Source: Candidatus Neomicrothrix sp.
GTDB lineage: Bacteria > Actinomycetota > Acidimicrobiia > Acidimicrobiales > Aldehydirespiratoraceae
Assembly: GCA_017852795.1 (NCBI GenBank)
Contig: JAFMKU010000005.1
Span: 2,045-66,044, forward strand
Direction of reading: 5' to 3'
DNA length: 64,000 bases
The notes beneath the pieces were generated by a model. The model saw only the letters and a program-made list of their open reading frames with translations. It ran no database searches and had not been told where the DNA came from. Position 1 is the stretch's first letter. Every line of letters starts with the position of its first letter. Below, piece by piece: positions 39,003 through 49,613 of this stretch. A program made the translations under genes and the position numbers.

Positions 39003-39968
39003 TTAGTACCGGCCTGCTTGGCGTTGCTCGGCGAGCAAGCAGAGCATGTCATGGGCGACCGTTGCCGCGGCCAGCGAGGTGATTTCGGCATGGTCGTAAG
39101 CGGGAGCTACCTCCACCACGTCGAAGCCCACCAGGTTCAGCGAAGCCAGTCCGCGTATTATCGCCAGGGCTTGCGCGGTCGATAGTCCTCCCGGCACTGG
39201 GGTTCCGGTACCGGGCGCGAAGGCCGGGTCGAGACAATCAATGTCGAAGGTCAGATAGGCCGGATGATCGCCGACAACCCGCAGGATTTCTGCGACTACT
39301 GCGGCAGGCCCGTTCTCGTGCACCCAGGGGGCGTCACGGACCGTGTACCCGTGCGTTTCCGAGTTGACGGTGCGGATCCCGACTTGTATCGACCGGGAAG
39401 GATCAACGATCCCTTCACGAGCAGCCCGCAGAAACATCGAACCGTGATCGAGGCGTTCGCCGTCATCGGGCCAGGTGTCGCTGTGGGCATCGAAATGGAC
39501 CAACGCCATCGGTCCGTGAACCTTGGCGTGGGCCCGTAGCAACGGGTAGGTCACGAAATGGTCGCCGCCGAAGGTCAGCATGGTGGTGCCGGTCGCCAAG
39601 ATCGCGTCGGCGTGGGCTTCGATGATCTCTACTGCGTGATGCTGATAGCCGAAATCGAATTGGCAGTCGCCGTAGTCGACGACCTCAATGATGTCGAACG
39701 GGTCGAACCCCCAAGGGAACCCATCGAGTTCGGCCACCATCGTTGACGCAGCCCGGATCCCGCGGGGGCCCATGCGGGCACCGGACCGGTTGCTGGTGGC
39801 CGAGTCGAACGGTATTCCCGAGACGGCCACGTCGACCCCGGTCAGGTCGCGGGAGTACCGCCGTCGAAGAAACGAAAGCGCCCCGGCGTAGACCATTTCT
39901 GGCCATTTAGATTGGCCGGGCACCCCCCGGAAGGCGAAATCGCCTTCCGGGGGCGCGCTATCGGACAT
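39003..39968 (-). CDS. speB: Agmatinase (arginase/ureohydrolase family)
   Basis: 321 aa. Mn-binding motifs VHFDAHSDTW, GGDHFVTYP and LTFDIDCLDPAFAPGTGTP. Confidence 0.85.
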   Translation of the reverse strand: MSDSAPPEGDFAFRGVPGQSKWPEMVYAGALSFLRRRYSRDLTGVDVAVSGIPFDSATSNRSGARMGPRGIRAASTMVAELDGFPWGFDPFDIIEVVDYGDCQFDFGYQHHAVEIIEAHADAILATGTTMLTFGGDHFVTYPLLRAHAKVHGPMALVHFDAHSDTWPDDGERLDHGSMFLRAAREGIVDPSRSIQVGIRTVNSETHGYTVRDAPWVHENGPAAVVAEILRVVGDHPAYLTFDIDCLDPAFAPGTGTPVPGGLSTAQALAIIRGLASLNLVGFDVVEVAPAYDHAEITSLAAATVAHDMLCLLAEQRQAGRY

Positions 39969-40001
39969 GGTCGGGACGACGCTTCCAGTCCCGCCGTCGA
40001 C

Positions 40002-41114
40002 TCAGCCCTTGGCCTCGATGAAGGCGTCGGAGAAGTTCGTTTCGAAATCACCGGTGTCCGCGATGAACTCCAGCGTGCTGGTGTCGGTCGGGTAGACGAC
40101 AGGATCTTCAAGGACTTCCTGGTCGATGAACTCAACCGCAGCCGCGTTGGGGCTGGCGTAGTAGTTCCAGTTGGTGAGCGCCGCACCGTTTTCGGCGTCA
40201 AGCAGGAAGTTCATGAAGGTGTGAGCGGTGCACGGATGCGGTGCGTCGGCTACCACTGCCATGTTGTCCACCCAACGGGTGCCACCTTCGTCGGGAACGA
40301 AGTAGGTGTACTGGTCGGGGTCATCAGCTTCGTCAAACTGAACGAGGAAGTTCCCGGAGTAGCCGTGAGCCACCGCCGTGTTCCCGCTCGCCAACAGTTC
40401 GTCGTACTGATCCGACTCGTAGGCAGCCAGTCCGCCGGTCGCTTCAGAAACAAGCGCCTTGGCTTGGTCAAGTTCGTCCTGGCTCGTGGTGTTGAGCGAG
40501 AAGCCGAGGTACTTCAAGGCAGCGCCCATCGTCTCGCGGGGATCGTTCAGAAGCGTGATCTTTCCGTCAATCCCGAGTTCGGCCCGCAGTTCCGGATCAA
40601 AGACAAGCCCCCAAGTATGCGGGACGTCTTCACCAACGACGGCCAAGTCAACTCCGAGACCGGTGGTTCCCCACTGGTACGGAACTGAGTACTCGCCGGC
40701 CGGGTCGAACGGCAGCCCCGACGCAAACTCCGGATCAAGGTTCACGAGGTTCGGTACGGCGTCGCGCTGAACCGGGGCGACGTCGCCCGCCTCGATAAGG
40801 ATCGACACCATGTAGTCAGACGGCACGATCAGGTCGTACCCGCTGTTGCCCGCCGAGATAATCGGCTGCATGGCTTCGTTCGAGTCGTAGTTGTCTTCGT
40901 TGACGGCCACGCCGTACTGCTCTTCGAAGGCAGTCTTCAGATCAGGGTCGATGTATTCGGCCCAGTTGAAGAGGTTCAGATCTCCATCAACTTGGTCGAC
41001 GGCGCAAGCAGCAGATTCGCCTGACGCTCCTTGGTCGTCACTCCCACCGCATGAAGCGAACAGGGTGACAGCAGCAAGCCCGGCTACGAGCCGGAGTAGG
41101 AAATTCGAATTCAT
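40002..41114 (-). CDS. Spermidine/putrescine ABC transporter substrate-binding lipoprotein (PotD/PotF-like)
   Basis: 370 aa. Lipobox LFASCGG, LNLFNWAEYIDP and VPYQWGTTG are typical of PotD/F. Confidence 0.85.
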   Translation of the reverse strand: MNSNFLLRLVAGLAAVTLFASCGGSDDQGASGESAACAVDQVDGDLNLFNWAEYIDPDLKTAFEEQYGVAVNEDNYDSNEAMQPIISAGNSGYDLIVPSDYMVSILIEAGDVAPVQRDAVPNLVNLDPEFASGLPFDPAGEYSVPYQWGTTGLGVDLAVVGEDVPHTWGLVFDPELRAELGIDGKITLLNDPRETMGAALKYLGFSLNTTSQDELDQAKALVSEATGGLAAYESDQYDELLASGNTAVAHGYSGNFLVQFDEADDPDQYTYFVPDEGGTRWVDNMAVVADAPHPCTAHTFMNFLLDAENGAALTNWNYYASPNAAAVEFIDQEVLEDPVVYPTDTSTLEFIADTGDFETNFSDAFIEAKG

Positions 41115-41177
41115 GGCCTTCTCCTTCTGCCATCGACAACCGACGACGTTCGGTGAGTATAGAGGGCTGATCGTTAC

Positions 41178-42020
41178 TCAACCGGTAATCGACCCACCCC
41201 GCAGCCGCTGAACGGCGACAGACAGCGCGACCAGCAACAGTGAGGCGACGAGCATCACCACCGAAACGGCGTTGATAACCGGGGTGACACCTTTTCGGAT
41301 CAACGAAAACACTCGGACCGGCAGCGTGGTCCCACCCGGTCCAGCCACAAACTGGGTGATCACCACATCATCGAGGCTGAGCGTCAACGCCAACAGCGCG
41401 CCACCGGCGATCCCAGGCACGATTTGTGGGAAGGTCACGTGCCGGAAGGCTTTCCAGCGAGACGCGTAAAGGTCGCGCGCGGCTTCTTCGAGTTCGAGGC
41501 TCATCCCGGCTAGCCGAGCGCGGACAACGACAGAAACGAAACTGATGCTGAAGGCAATATGGCTGAGGGTGATGGTGGCAAACCCTTTGGCGAAGTTGGT
41601 GCCGAACGCCTCGTTGGTGAGGTCAATCCCCCAAGTGAAGAACAGCAGCATCATCACTGCCATCGTCACGTCCGGAATGATGATCGGCAGGTACAGCACC
41701 GAGTCAAAGAACCGCTGAGATTTCCAGCGGAATCGTTCCAACCCGAGGGCGGCCATTGTCCCCAACACGACAGAGATCACGGTCGAAACTGCCGCCACCC
41801 TGAGCGATACCCAAAGTGAACTGGTCAGTTCGGTGTCGTTCCAGAATTCGCCATACCAGGAGGTGGTGAAACCTCCCCAACGGCCAACCAGCCGGTCATC
41901 GCTGAACGAGAAAACCGCCAGAATGACGATGGGTAGGAAGAAGAAGGCGTACACCAAGAAGGCGTTGACGGTCAGCGCCGCCGCGACGGGACCCTTTGGT
42001 TTCACGGTGCTTCCGCTCAC
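41178..42020 (-). CDS. Polyamine ABC transporter permease (PotC-like)
   Basis: 280 aa, 6 TM. EAA-type loop LEEAARDLYASRWKAFRHVTFP. 4-nt overlap with the upstream permease. Confidence 0.85.
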   Translation of the reverse strand: MSGSTVKPKGPVAAALTVNAFLVYAFFFLPIVILAVFSFSDDRLVGRWGGFTTSWYGEFWNDTELTSSLWVSLRVAAVSTVISVVLGTMAALGLERFRWKSQRFFDSVLYLPIIIPDVTMAVMMLLFFTWGIDLTNEAFGTNFAKGFATITLSHIAFSISFVSVVVRARLAGMSLELEEAARDLYASRWKAFRHVTFPQIVPGIAGGALLALTLSLDDVVITQFVAGPGGTTLPVRVFSLIRKGVTPVINAVSVVMLVASLLLVALSVAVQRLRGGSITG

Positions 42021-42982
42021 AACGCCCTCCCGCCGCTACGGAAATGGATACGGGTCGCCAGCAGCATCACCGCCACCAGCACCACCGAAAGTGCGGCACC
42101 AAACGGCCAGTTTCGGGCGGTGAGGAACTGAACCACGATGTACGAGCCAAGCAGCGTTTCTTTGTCGCCGCCCAGAATCTGGGGAGTGACGTAGGCGCCG
42201 AGGCTGGGAACAAAGACCAGAATCGAGCCGGCGACAATGCCCGGCATCGACAGCGGGATCAGTACCCGGCGCAGCGTTTGACGCCCGGAGGCGTAGAGAT
42301 CTCGACTGGCCTCGATCAAGCTGAGATCGATCCGTTCGATCGCGGCGTACAACGGCAGGATCATGAACGGCAAGAAGCCGTAGACCAGGCCGAGCACGAT
42401 GCCCACTTCGGAGAACAGCGGTGACGGCAGATGCTCGATCCAGTTCGGTATCGCCCACTGGATCCAGTGTGGCAGGCCAAGCAGCCAGTCGACCAAGGTG
42501 TCGGTGCCGGTGGCGTCGACCGCATCGTTCCAGATGCCGTCGTTTTCGAGAATGACCCGCCAGGCGTAGTTGCGGACCAAAAAGTTGGTCCAAAACGGGA
42601 TCATCACGAACACCAGCATCACGTTGCGTACCGCCGGACGGCGGGTGGCGATGAAGTAGGCAAACGGATAGGCGATGACGAGGCAGATCACGGTGGTCAC
42701 CACCGCCAGCCACAACGACCGGAACAGGATCGTTCGCACGATCGGTTCGTCGAGCCGGGCGTAGGAGTCGAGGTTCCAACCTTGAAGGTCGGTGCCTCCC
42801 TGCCGGTTGCGGGTAGCGAACGAGTACATGGTCACGATCCCGAGTGGGACCACGAAAAAGACCATCAAGTACACATAGGCCGGAGCCGCCAGCAGAAAAC
42901 CACGCCAAGCATCGGCTCGCAGAGCCGCTCGCTCAGTTTCCGGGCTGGCTTCGACCGCGGGAGGCGGAGCGACGCCGTTCAC
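42017..42982 (-). CDS. Polyamine ABC transporter permease (PotB-like)
   Basis: 321 aa. Loop [22 protein letters not shown]. 4-nt overlap with potA. An alternate-frame 290-aa ORF (42036..42908) is a shadow. Confidence 0.85.
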   Translation of the reverse strand: MNGVAPPPAVEASPETERAALRADAWRGFLLAAPAYVYLMVFFVVPLGIVTMYSFATRNRQGGTDLQGWNLDSYARLDEPIVRTILFRSLWLAVVTTVICLVIAYPFAYFIATRRPAVRNVMLVFVMIPFWTNFLVRNYAWRVILENDGIWNDAVDATGTDTLVDWLLGLPHWIQWAIPNWIEHLPSPLFSEVGIVLGLVYGFLPFMILPLYAAIERIDLSLIEASRDLYASGRQTLRRVLIPLSMPGIVAGSILVFVPSLGAYVTPQILGGDKETLLGSYIVVQFLTARNWPFGAALSVVLVAVMLLATRIHFRSGGRAL

Positions 42983-44052
42983 GCCCGTACCACCACCGCA
43001 GCGTCCCGATCCCAGGACACGACAACTTCGGTGCCCAATGCGGGAGCCGAGTAGCCACTCAGGTTTTCAACCCTCACATCAAGGGTCATCCAGTCCAACG
43101 CCACCGTAAGAACCAGTGCGTTCCCCAGATAGGTGTGTTGTTCGAGACGCCCGGTGACATGAGGAAGATCAGCAGGTTGTTGGCCCGGCTGATGTAGTTG
43201 TGCTCGTTCGGGGCGCAGGCTCACCGCAACCGGAGTTCCCGCCGCCAACGACTGGGTATTGACCGGGACGCGGGCGCCGTTGCGGAGACACACGGTGCCG
43301 TCCGATTCGACCGTGCCGTCAAGCAGGTTGGTTTGACCAATGAAGTCGGCCACGAACCGGTTGGCGGGTCGTTCGTAGATCTCCTCAGGAGTTCCGACCT
43401 GAAGCAGTTCACCGTCGTTCATCACCCCGATCCGGTCGCTCATCGTGAGCGCTTCCTCTTGATCGTGGGTAACGAAAACGAAGGTGATCCCTACTTCGCG
43501 CTGAAGGGTCTTGAGTTCCCGCTGCATCTCCTGACGCAGTTTCAAATCGAGTGCCCCGAGTGGTTCGTCGAGAAGGAGAACTTTCGGACTGTTGACCAGT
43601 GCTCGCGCCAGCGCCACCCGCTGCTGCTGGCCTCCTGAGAGCTGATGAGGCCGACGCGCTTCTTTGCCGTCCATCTTCACCAGACGAATCGCCTCAAGAG
43701 CCCGTTCGTTGGCTTCGGCCTTGGCGACTTTCTGCATCCGCAGACCGAACGCAACGTTCTGGATCACCGTCATGTGCGGGAACAGCGCGTAGCTCTGAAA
43801 CACCGTGTTGACGGGGCGCTTGTCCGGAGGAAGCGTGCCAACTTCATCGCCAAAGATGCGAAGGCTGCCTTCGGTGGGGAACTCCAAACCGGCGATCATC
43901 CGCAGCGTCGTGGTCTTCCCACAACCCGATGGGCCGAGCAGTGCGAAAAACTCGCCGTCGGCGATGTTGAGATCGACGCGATCGACCGCAGTGACATCGC
44001 CAAACCGTTTGATGATCCCGTTGAGCGCGACGGCTGCTTCGGGAACGGTCAC
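42979..44052 (-). CDS. Polyamine ABC transporter ATP-binding protein (PotA-like)
   Basis: Walker [19 protein letters not shown], signature [15 protein letters not shown], Walker [12 protein letters not shown]. The track start (44193) lies inside the upstream gene. GTG 44052 gives a GTGA overlap with that gene's stop and a normal N-terminus ([18 protein letters not shown]). Confidence 0.9.
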   Translation of the reverse strand: MTVPEAAVALNGIIKRFGDVTAVDRVDLNIADGEFFALLGPSGCGKTTTLRMIAGLEFPTEGSLRIFGDEVGTLPPDKRPVNTVFQSYALFPHMTVIQNVAFGLRMQKVAKAEANERALEAIRLVKMDGKEARRPHQLSGGQQQRVALARALVNSPKVLLLDEPLGALDLKLRQEMQRELKTLQREVGITFVFVTHDQEEALTMSDRIGVMNDGELLQVGTPEEIYERPANRFVADFIGQTNLLDGTVESDGTVCLRNGARVPVNTQSLAAGTPVAVSLRPERAQLHQPGQQPADLPHVTGRLEQHTYLGNALVLTVALDWMTLDVRVENLSGYSAPALGTEVVVSWDRDAAVVVRA

Positions 44053-45176
44053 GAGATCGCCCCTGCGAAGTCGATCGGTTCGTAGTCGTTTTCGCTTGGA
44101 AGCCCCCAGCAGGCCCAGAACTCCCGGGTGCGGGGCCGCATGATCGTCGCCCCGCTCGATTCGATATGGCTGGGTTCGCTCGACACCTGACACACCGCTC
44201 CGGCTGTCAACGCCATCAGATCAGCAACCGTGATGTCTTCACGGTCAAGTTCTTTGTCGGCGGTTTCGAGACGGAAATGCGAGCTGGCCTGAAGCGCATC
44301 AGAACGTTGCCCTTGGACCGCCTGTGTTTCTGGGAACGTCGTGTGGTTGGTGTGGGTCAACGCATCGCCTTCAAGGCCGGTCACCGGACGCGCGGTGGGC
44401 ATCGCCTCAATGTTGTACCCGTCACCGTCAGCGTCGAACAACATGAAGTTGTGCCCACCGGCCAGATCGGCGCCAAGGATGACGTCGCGCGCCGCGGCCG
44501 CCGAGTCTTGATGGAGGGCCTCGCGCACGACCGAAGGCCACGTCACCCCGATCCCGCCGTCGGCTGCGGTCAGGTTGTTGATCCCGACGCAGACACCGAG
44601 TTCGTTCATCCCGATTTGTCCCAGACATCCGGTGGTGCTGAACACCAACGCAGCGGGCGCATCATCGGGTCGGGTACGCAGCAAGACGACATAGTCGGTG
44701 GCGGAGTCGTGCATGTCCCACGTCTGACCGTAGAAGCCAGCCCCAGCGGCACGATGGTCGGGGACGATAAAGGCGGTGCAGTCGTCTTCGATGGTTTCCG
44801 GGGGGTGGACGCCACCGAGGTTGGCCCGAACCGTGTCGACGAAATCGGTGAAGCCTCCGACCACGACCGCTTCGGCTGGAGTGATGCCTGCCGCTTCGGC
44901 CATGGCCAACATTTCTTCGTGCAGCGCCGGAGCAAACGCCTCGTGGGCAGGCAAGCAAGCAGCGGCCAAGTCGAGCACGGTAGCCCGATCTACTGGCCCT
45001 CCGCTCCAGGAACCAGCCATCACCAGCTGAACTCGTTCCTCAGCGTAGGCCCGAATCTCGTCGGCATAAACCGTGCCGTGATGGTGCCCCATTGCCGCTG
45101 GTGAACCAGCGACGTCAAGCACCCGAATCGGTGGACGCTTCACCATTACCTCCCTGCAATTTCTTTCCGTATTCAA
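44049..45176 (-). CDS. Peptidase C45 / acyl-CoA:6-APA acyltransferase-family Ntn hydrolase
   Basis: 375 aa. [18 protein letters not shown], followed by a candidate nucleophile Cys in DDCTAFIV. First gene of the pot operon. Confidence 0.7.
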   Translation of the reverse strand: MNTERNCREVMVKRPPIRVLDVAGSPAAMGHHHGTVYADEIRAYAEERVQLVMAGSWSGGPVDRATVLDLAAACLPAHEAFAPALHEEMLAMAEAAGITPAEAVVVGGFTDFVDTVRANLGGVHPPETIEDDCTAFIVPDHRAAGAGFYGQTWDMHDSATDYVVLLRTRPDDAPAALVFSTTGCLGQIGMNELGVCVGINNLTAADGGIGVTWPSVVREALHQDSAAAARDVILGADLAGGHNFMLFDADGDGYNIEAMPTARPVTGLEGDALTHTNHTTFPETQAVQGQRSDALQASSHFRLETADKELDREDITVADLMALTAGAVCQVSSEPSHIESSGATIMRPRTREFWACWGLPSENDYEPIDFAGAIS

Positions 45177-45275
45177 CCATGCCTTCGCAACGCTGCGGTA
45201 ACGCTAAAGCCCATTCGCAGAATCACTCACAAATTTTTTGTCAATCGTTGTCTGACCAAGTTGTCAGGGGTCCTA

Positions 45276-45680
45276 CTACTCCAGAAGCTGTTCGACCCGC
45301 TGACGGATCTCGTCGCGAATGACCCGAACGGTCTCAAGCGGTTGACCAGCCGGATCGTCCACCACCCAGTCCTCGTAGCGTTTCCCCGGCACGAACGGGC
45401 AGGCATCTCCACAACCCATCGTGACCACGACATCGGCTTGATCAAACGCAGCCTCGCTCCAAGGCTGCGGTTGCGCAGAGGCAATATCGATCCCGACCTC
45501 GGCCATCGCCAAAACTGCAACCGGATTGGTTTCATTCGCCGGCGCCGACCCGCCCGAGAACACGGTCACCGCGTCGCCGCCAAGATGACGCAGCCAGCCA
45601 GCCGCCATCTGCGAACGTCCCGCGTTATGGATGCACACAAACAACACTGTTGTCGTGGCGGTGCTGCCGTCGGGGGTCAC
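45276..45680 (-). CDS. arsC: Arsenate reductase, LMW-PTP fold (thioredoxin-coupled type)
   Basis: 134 aa. P-loop LFVCIHNAGRSQMAAGW plus the Cys pair MGCGDACP. Confidence 0.8.
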   Translation of the reverse strand: MTPDGSTATTTVLFVCIHNAGRSQMAAGWLRHLGGDAVTVFSGGSAPANETNPVAVLAMAEVGIDIASAQPQPWSEAAFDQADVVVTMGCGDACPFVPGKRYEDWVVDDPAGQPLETVRVIRDEIRQRVEQLLE

Positions 45681-45726
45681 TGCTTCAGGTTATGACACAT
45701 CGCTCGGTTGGGTCGCGCCCTGACGG

Positions 45727-46488
45727 TTAAAATCGAACTCCGGCCTGCTTGGTAAGGGCATCACGCAGGGCCCGCTCGGCAACGTCTGAGTCGACCCGGT
45801 TGCTCTCGTGCAGTCCGATGAAGTTCCCCCAACTATCGGAACTCGGAGCGGTCCCGTCATAGCGATACAGCGACCGCCAACGATGATCGCCCCCGTAACG
45901 CTCGATCGGGAACCACTCGCTGATCCAGACCGTGTACCCCGCAGCCACAAGTTCTTCCGCATATTCACCCGAGGAATAGCCAAGCTGCATCGTCTTGTTG
46001 TCCTCAAACTCGGTAACCAACGTTCGAGGAACGAGATCGCCTCGGGACCGAAAGACATGACGGTCGAAACCTTCGACGTCGATTTTCAGAAAGTCCACGA
46101 CGTCGAGCGGAAGCTGATCCAGCCGCCGAGTCGCGACCTCGCCCAAAGGTTCGTGAGAGTCGTGGAAGTCAACCAGCGAGCTGATCCCGGTGCTCAGATC
46201 TGAAACGAAGAACGGGACTGCATCCTTAATCTCATCGCTGACGGCAACCGGAAACAACCGCAGTGTCGGCCAGCGCCCGAAGCGCTTGATCAGACCGGCG
46301 TGCATCACCGGGTTCGGTTCAAACGCCCACACGTCCCAGCCGCTCTCAAGAAACGGCCGAAGCGATGCCCCCGTGTGCGCCCCCACGTCAACCATTACCG
46401 ATCCACCGGTGAGCAAACTCGAGGTCCAGAACGCTTGGCGTAGCAAGGCGACCTCGTCGACGACAATCCGGTCCTCTGTTCGTTTCAT
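45727..46488 (-). CDS. FkbM-family SAM-dependent methyltransferase
   Basis: VDVGAHTGASLRPFLESGWDVWAFEPNP and FLKIDVEGFD. The track start (46590) lies inside the upstream gene. ATG 46488 (MKRTEDRI) forms an ATGA overlap with that gene's stop. Confidence 0.8.
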   Translation of the reverse strand: MKRTEDRIVVDEVALLRQAFWTSSLLTGGSVMVDVGAHTGASLRPFLESGWDVWAFEPNPVMHAGLIKRFGRWPTLRLFPVAVSDEIKDAVPFFVSDLSTGISSLVDFHDSHEPLGEVATRRLDQLPLDVVDFLKIDVEGFDRHVFRSRGDLVPRTLVTEFEDNKTMQLGYSSGEYAEELVAAGYTVWISEWFPIERYGGDHRWRSLYRYDGTAPSSDSWGNFIGLHESNRVDSDVAERALRDALTKQAGVRF

Positions 46489-49472
46489 GCTCCCCCCTCG
46501 GATCCCAGATAGGCCGCGTTGATTGCCGGAATGTTCGAGGCCGCCACCGAAACCACTCGAGCGCCAGTCCCGACCAGCCTGTCCATCCAATGCTTCACAT
46601 GATCGTCATGCCCATCGCGGTACTGCTGATAATCGACTCGGAAGAATTCCGGATGCATCTCGCGAACCGTTTGCTGTAAAGCCTCGTCGTAGTTCACCTG
46701 AGCCTCGTACCCCCAGAACCGCTGCTCACCGACGACGCCGCCGTCAAAACCAGACAACTCCACCGAACTTGGTGCCAGATGTTCCGCCAACGGCAGCATC
46801 AACAAGGTGAGTACGTTGTTGAACGGCTGCACCGTTCCCGAACTGATCGCGACCGGGTGGGAATAGTTGATGGCTGGAAGGAAGTCGACCGAAACGATCT
46901 GTTGGTGCACGCTGCTGGGAAGTTCCCGCAGATAGATCGCGATGTCGCGGGCGACGGTGACGAAGAGATGCTCGGGGTCCTGGGCCAACCAGGCTGCAAG
47001 ATCCTCGCGGAATCGATGGGCATAGGGCGATGGGCCGGCATGGAAGATCGGATCCCCGGCGGTCAAGATGCGTCCGTTGTGTCTCGCCATCAGTTCCGGC
47101 TGCCGAACCCAACTGTTGCAGAAAACACCGATGGGCTGGTCGCCGGTCTCCTCCGGAGAGAGTTTCGCTAGCCCTGATGGTCCGGTTCCGAAAAGACGAA
47201 GCGGTGTCCCCTGCAACTGGATACGGAGTTCGTGTAGGAGAATCGCTGAGCGGACCTGCTCCGTGGTGACCTGCTCAGGGTAGTGCTGTTTCCAAAGCCG
47301 AAGCAGCTTGCTGGTCATCGTTGGGTCAGTCTTGAAGCTTCCGACTCGCCGCTGGCTCCCGCCGGACCGACTAACGACATCCACCTCTCCTAGCGGCAGA
47401 CTCCGGTCCTCGACGACGTCAAACCAGTCTCCCCGGAACGTGAAATCGACAGCCTGTCTGGCCCCGGCCAGTGCCGGATCTGAAAGGTTGAACAAAACGG
47501 TGGGACGATCGCTGATGGTTCGGGCATGCACTTGGCTGACCGCCAACAGGCCACTCATCAGACCGAGATGTGCGCCCTCTGTGATGGTTGATGCATTCGC
47601 GGGACGGGCGAAGTGAGGGGCGCGCGAAGAAAGCTCGTCGGCGGCATACGACAGAAGCCCTTCGCGAACCAGTTCTTCTGCGTTTTCACTGATGCGGTTT
47701 TTCACCCCGTTCCAGTGCCGCCGTAAATGCTCAGGATCTACCACGACAGCCGGGACGTCGCGATCGTAGTAGGCCTGTAGTGCTTCCGCCCCGCCTTGGA
47801 AGACTTCCACGACCGAAGTACGACCCCAGGCCAGTTCGGCGGCTACCCGGCCCGTCAATTGCGAAAGAAGCGCAGTCCCCAGCTCTGTCGCACCGCTTGA
47901 GCTGGAGATGGAAGTCTCAGCTTCAGCGGCCCGTTCAGCCAGCATTCGAAGATACGCGGTCGCGTCTTTGGGGCGTCTCGTGATTCGTCCCTCATCTTCT
48001 CGATGGTCGGCATAGGTAAAGAACGCAAGCGACATGTCGCTGTGGGAAATCGTCCCAACTGAAGTCTCGACCTCGAGAGCCAAGATGGCGTCTTCTAGAT
48101 CGGCACTCGGGTAGCGAAGCGTCCCCGATCGGAAGAGCGACGTCGGCCACAACCGACCCGAATGATGGTGGCTGAACCTGGCATGAAATGACCTTGGTGC
48201 CGCAACGGGCTCAAGGCCTGACCGCGTCAGACGGTGGGTCGGGAACGAGTGCACGACGTGAAACGCTGCCGGGTGCGAGATCGCCACCCGCGTCGCTGCG
48301 GCTAACGCAGCAAGGTCAACCCGATCGTCGGCGTCGACGAACGCCAGAAACGGTGCATCGGCGAGCAGCGCCCCGGCATTTCGCTTCGGGCCCACTGCGC
48401 GTTCGGGATGAGCAACAACTCGGACCCGGTCACCGCAGTCGGCGTTCGCGAACCGAAACAGCCCGGCAATTCCCGTTTCGATCTCGGCAAGCCGGTCCGG
48501 CTCGACCACGATGGTCCAGCGTGCCCCTGAGGTCACCAACGCCCCCGGTTCGGACAGGACACCGCTGAGGTTGATCAGGCCATGGGAGGGGCCGAGCGGT
48601 GTGACGATGTCGACCAGAACTCGCATCGTCAACGGGAGCGTCCCATCTGGCACGTTGGTGAACCCGATATGGCCTTGAGTTCTGGACAGCGACCCAACCC
48701 GAAGCTGGCGCCACCATCTTCGTGAGCTGGTGAACAACCTCCACGTCGTAACCGTCAGATGCGCCACGACCGCGAACGCAAGGAGCCCAAAAACGGCCGG
48801 AGGTGCCTTGGCGAGAGCCAACCCTGCCGCGACTGCTCCCGGCAACAACACCACCGCGGTAGCCCGCAGATCTAGGCTCCGAACAATCGCATCCCAACTT
48901 CCACGGGGTCGAACCAGACGGACCGGTTCTTTGGAGAAACTTCCGACCAGCAGGAACCGTCGGGTGGCTGGACTGCGAGAACCGAAAGAGACCAGCGCGG
49001 TTACGGACCTGATCATTGCCAGGCCAGCCAGAAGCGCAGCGAACACAACCATGCTCACCACAGTCACCGCGTCGCTGTCAGGGGCTAGGTCGAGCGAGGC
49101 AACAAAGACGATGGTGGCCGTAGCGGTCAGGGCCAGACCCCAGAATATGAAAAACCCACGCCTCGAACCGATGTATGCCGCAGCGCCTAACCCAATGAGG
49201 AGCACTCGTTTTCGAGCCGAACGATGGTGCCCGTTTCCGCCGTTATGTCGGAAGATTTCGTAGGTTGATGTGAGCCCATGAAGACTCCCCAGCCCGTACC
49301 CAAGCAGGGCCACAATGAGTGAAGCGTGGGCGATGACCAGCACGAGGGTACCGAGCACTACCAGGGGGGCGAGCGCCGCTTCGGAGCCACGGTCCAGGAC
49401 CGTAAGGAGCGCAAAAGCACCGACCGAGACCAGCGCAACACTCCCTGACGCGACTATCGAAAACCTCCGCAT
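46485..49472 (-). CDS. 995-aa three-module protein: polytopic membrane N-domain, GT2-like GT-A domain, and a C-terminal Maf/DUF115 (MptE-like)-like putative glycosyltransferase domain
   Basis: About 8 hydrophobic helices in residues 1-260. The GT-A signature is KRNAGALLADAPFLAFVDADD. The C-terminal region has LFGTGPSGL...IGVFCNSW...LTAGDPIF...NVLTLLMLPLAEHLAPSSVELSGFDGG. To my eye this resembles the GxGPS...N...D...G.D pattern of Maf/CstII-like enzymes, which is an inference. Confidence 0.6.
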   Translation of the reverse strand: MRRFSIVASGSVALVSVGAFALLTVLDRGSEAALAPLVVLGTLVLVIAHASLIVALLGYGLGSLHGLTSTYEIFRHNGGNGHHRSARKRVLLIGLGAAAYIGSRRGFFIFWGLALTATATIVFVASLDLAPDSDAVTVVSMVVFAALLAGLAMIRSVTALVSFGSRSPATRRFLLVGSFSKEPVRLVRPRGSWDAIVRSLDLRATAVVLLPGAVAAGLALAKAPPAVFGLLAFAVVAHLTVTTWRLFTSSRRWWRQLRVGSLSRTQGHIGFTNVPDGTLPLTMRVLVDIVTPLGPSHGLINLSGVLSEPGALVTSGARWTIVVEPDRLAEIETGIAGLFRFANADCGDRVRVVAHPERAVGPKRNAGALLADAPFLAFVDADDRVDLAALAAATRVAISHPAAFHVVHSFPTHRLTRSGLEPVAAPRSFHARFSHHHSGRLWPTSLFRSGTLRYPSADLEDAILALEVETSVGTISHSDMSLAFFTYADHREDEGRITRRPKDATAYLRMLAERAAEAETSISSSSGATELGTALLSQLTGRVAAELAWGRTSVVEVFQGGAEALQAYYDRDVPAVVVDPEHLRRHWNGVKNRISENAEELVREGLLSYAADELSSRAPHFARPANASTITEGAHLGLMSGLLAVSQVHARTISDRPTVLFNLSDPALAGARQAVDFTFRGDWFDVVEDRSLPLGEVDVVSRSGGSQRRVGSFKTDPTMTSKLLRLWKQHYPEQVTTEQVRSAILLHELRIQLQGTPLRLFGTGPSGLAKLSPEETGDQPIGVFCNSWVRQPELMARHNGRILTAGDPIFHAGPSPYAHRFREDLAAWLAQDPEHLFVTVARDIAIYLRELPSSVHQQIVSVDFLPAINYSHPVAISSGTVQPFNNVLTLLMLPLAEHLAPSSVELSGFDGGVVGEQRFWGYEAQVNYDEALQQTVREMHPEFFRVDYQQYRDGHDDHVKHWMDRLVGTGARVVSVAASNIPAINAAYLGSEGGA

Positions 49473-49613
49473 GTGGACTTCTTCCGTTGCTTGCTGGCGG
49501 GACCGCCGGGGTTCACGTTAGACCAGCTTCGATCTCATCGGAGGCTTGGCAGCCTGCTTCGGCCTCGCCCGGGGACGTTCAGCCCTCTGGTAACGCGATC
49601 TTTCTCGGCAGAA

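Noticed and set aside
42036-42908. 290-aa minus-strand ORF in an alternate frame of potB
   Set aside because: It is on the same strand as potB but in a different frame. Its product is Arg/Pro/Gly-rich and not membrane-like, whereas the potB frame gives 6 TM helices and the EAA loop.
44166-45104. 312-aa plus-strand ORF
   Set aside because: It is antisense to the C45-family gene, which heads the pot operon with a coupled stop/start. The ORF has no motifs.
45229-45250. AT-rich patch with TTGACA (minus strand, 45244-45239) as the promoter of the C45-pot operon
   Set aside because: I found no convincing -10 hexamer at 16-19 nt spacing. It may still be a promoter but cannot be supported from sequence alone.
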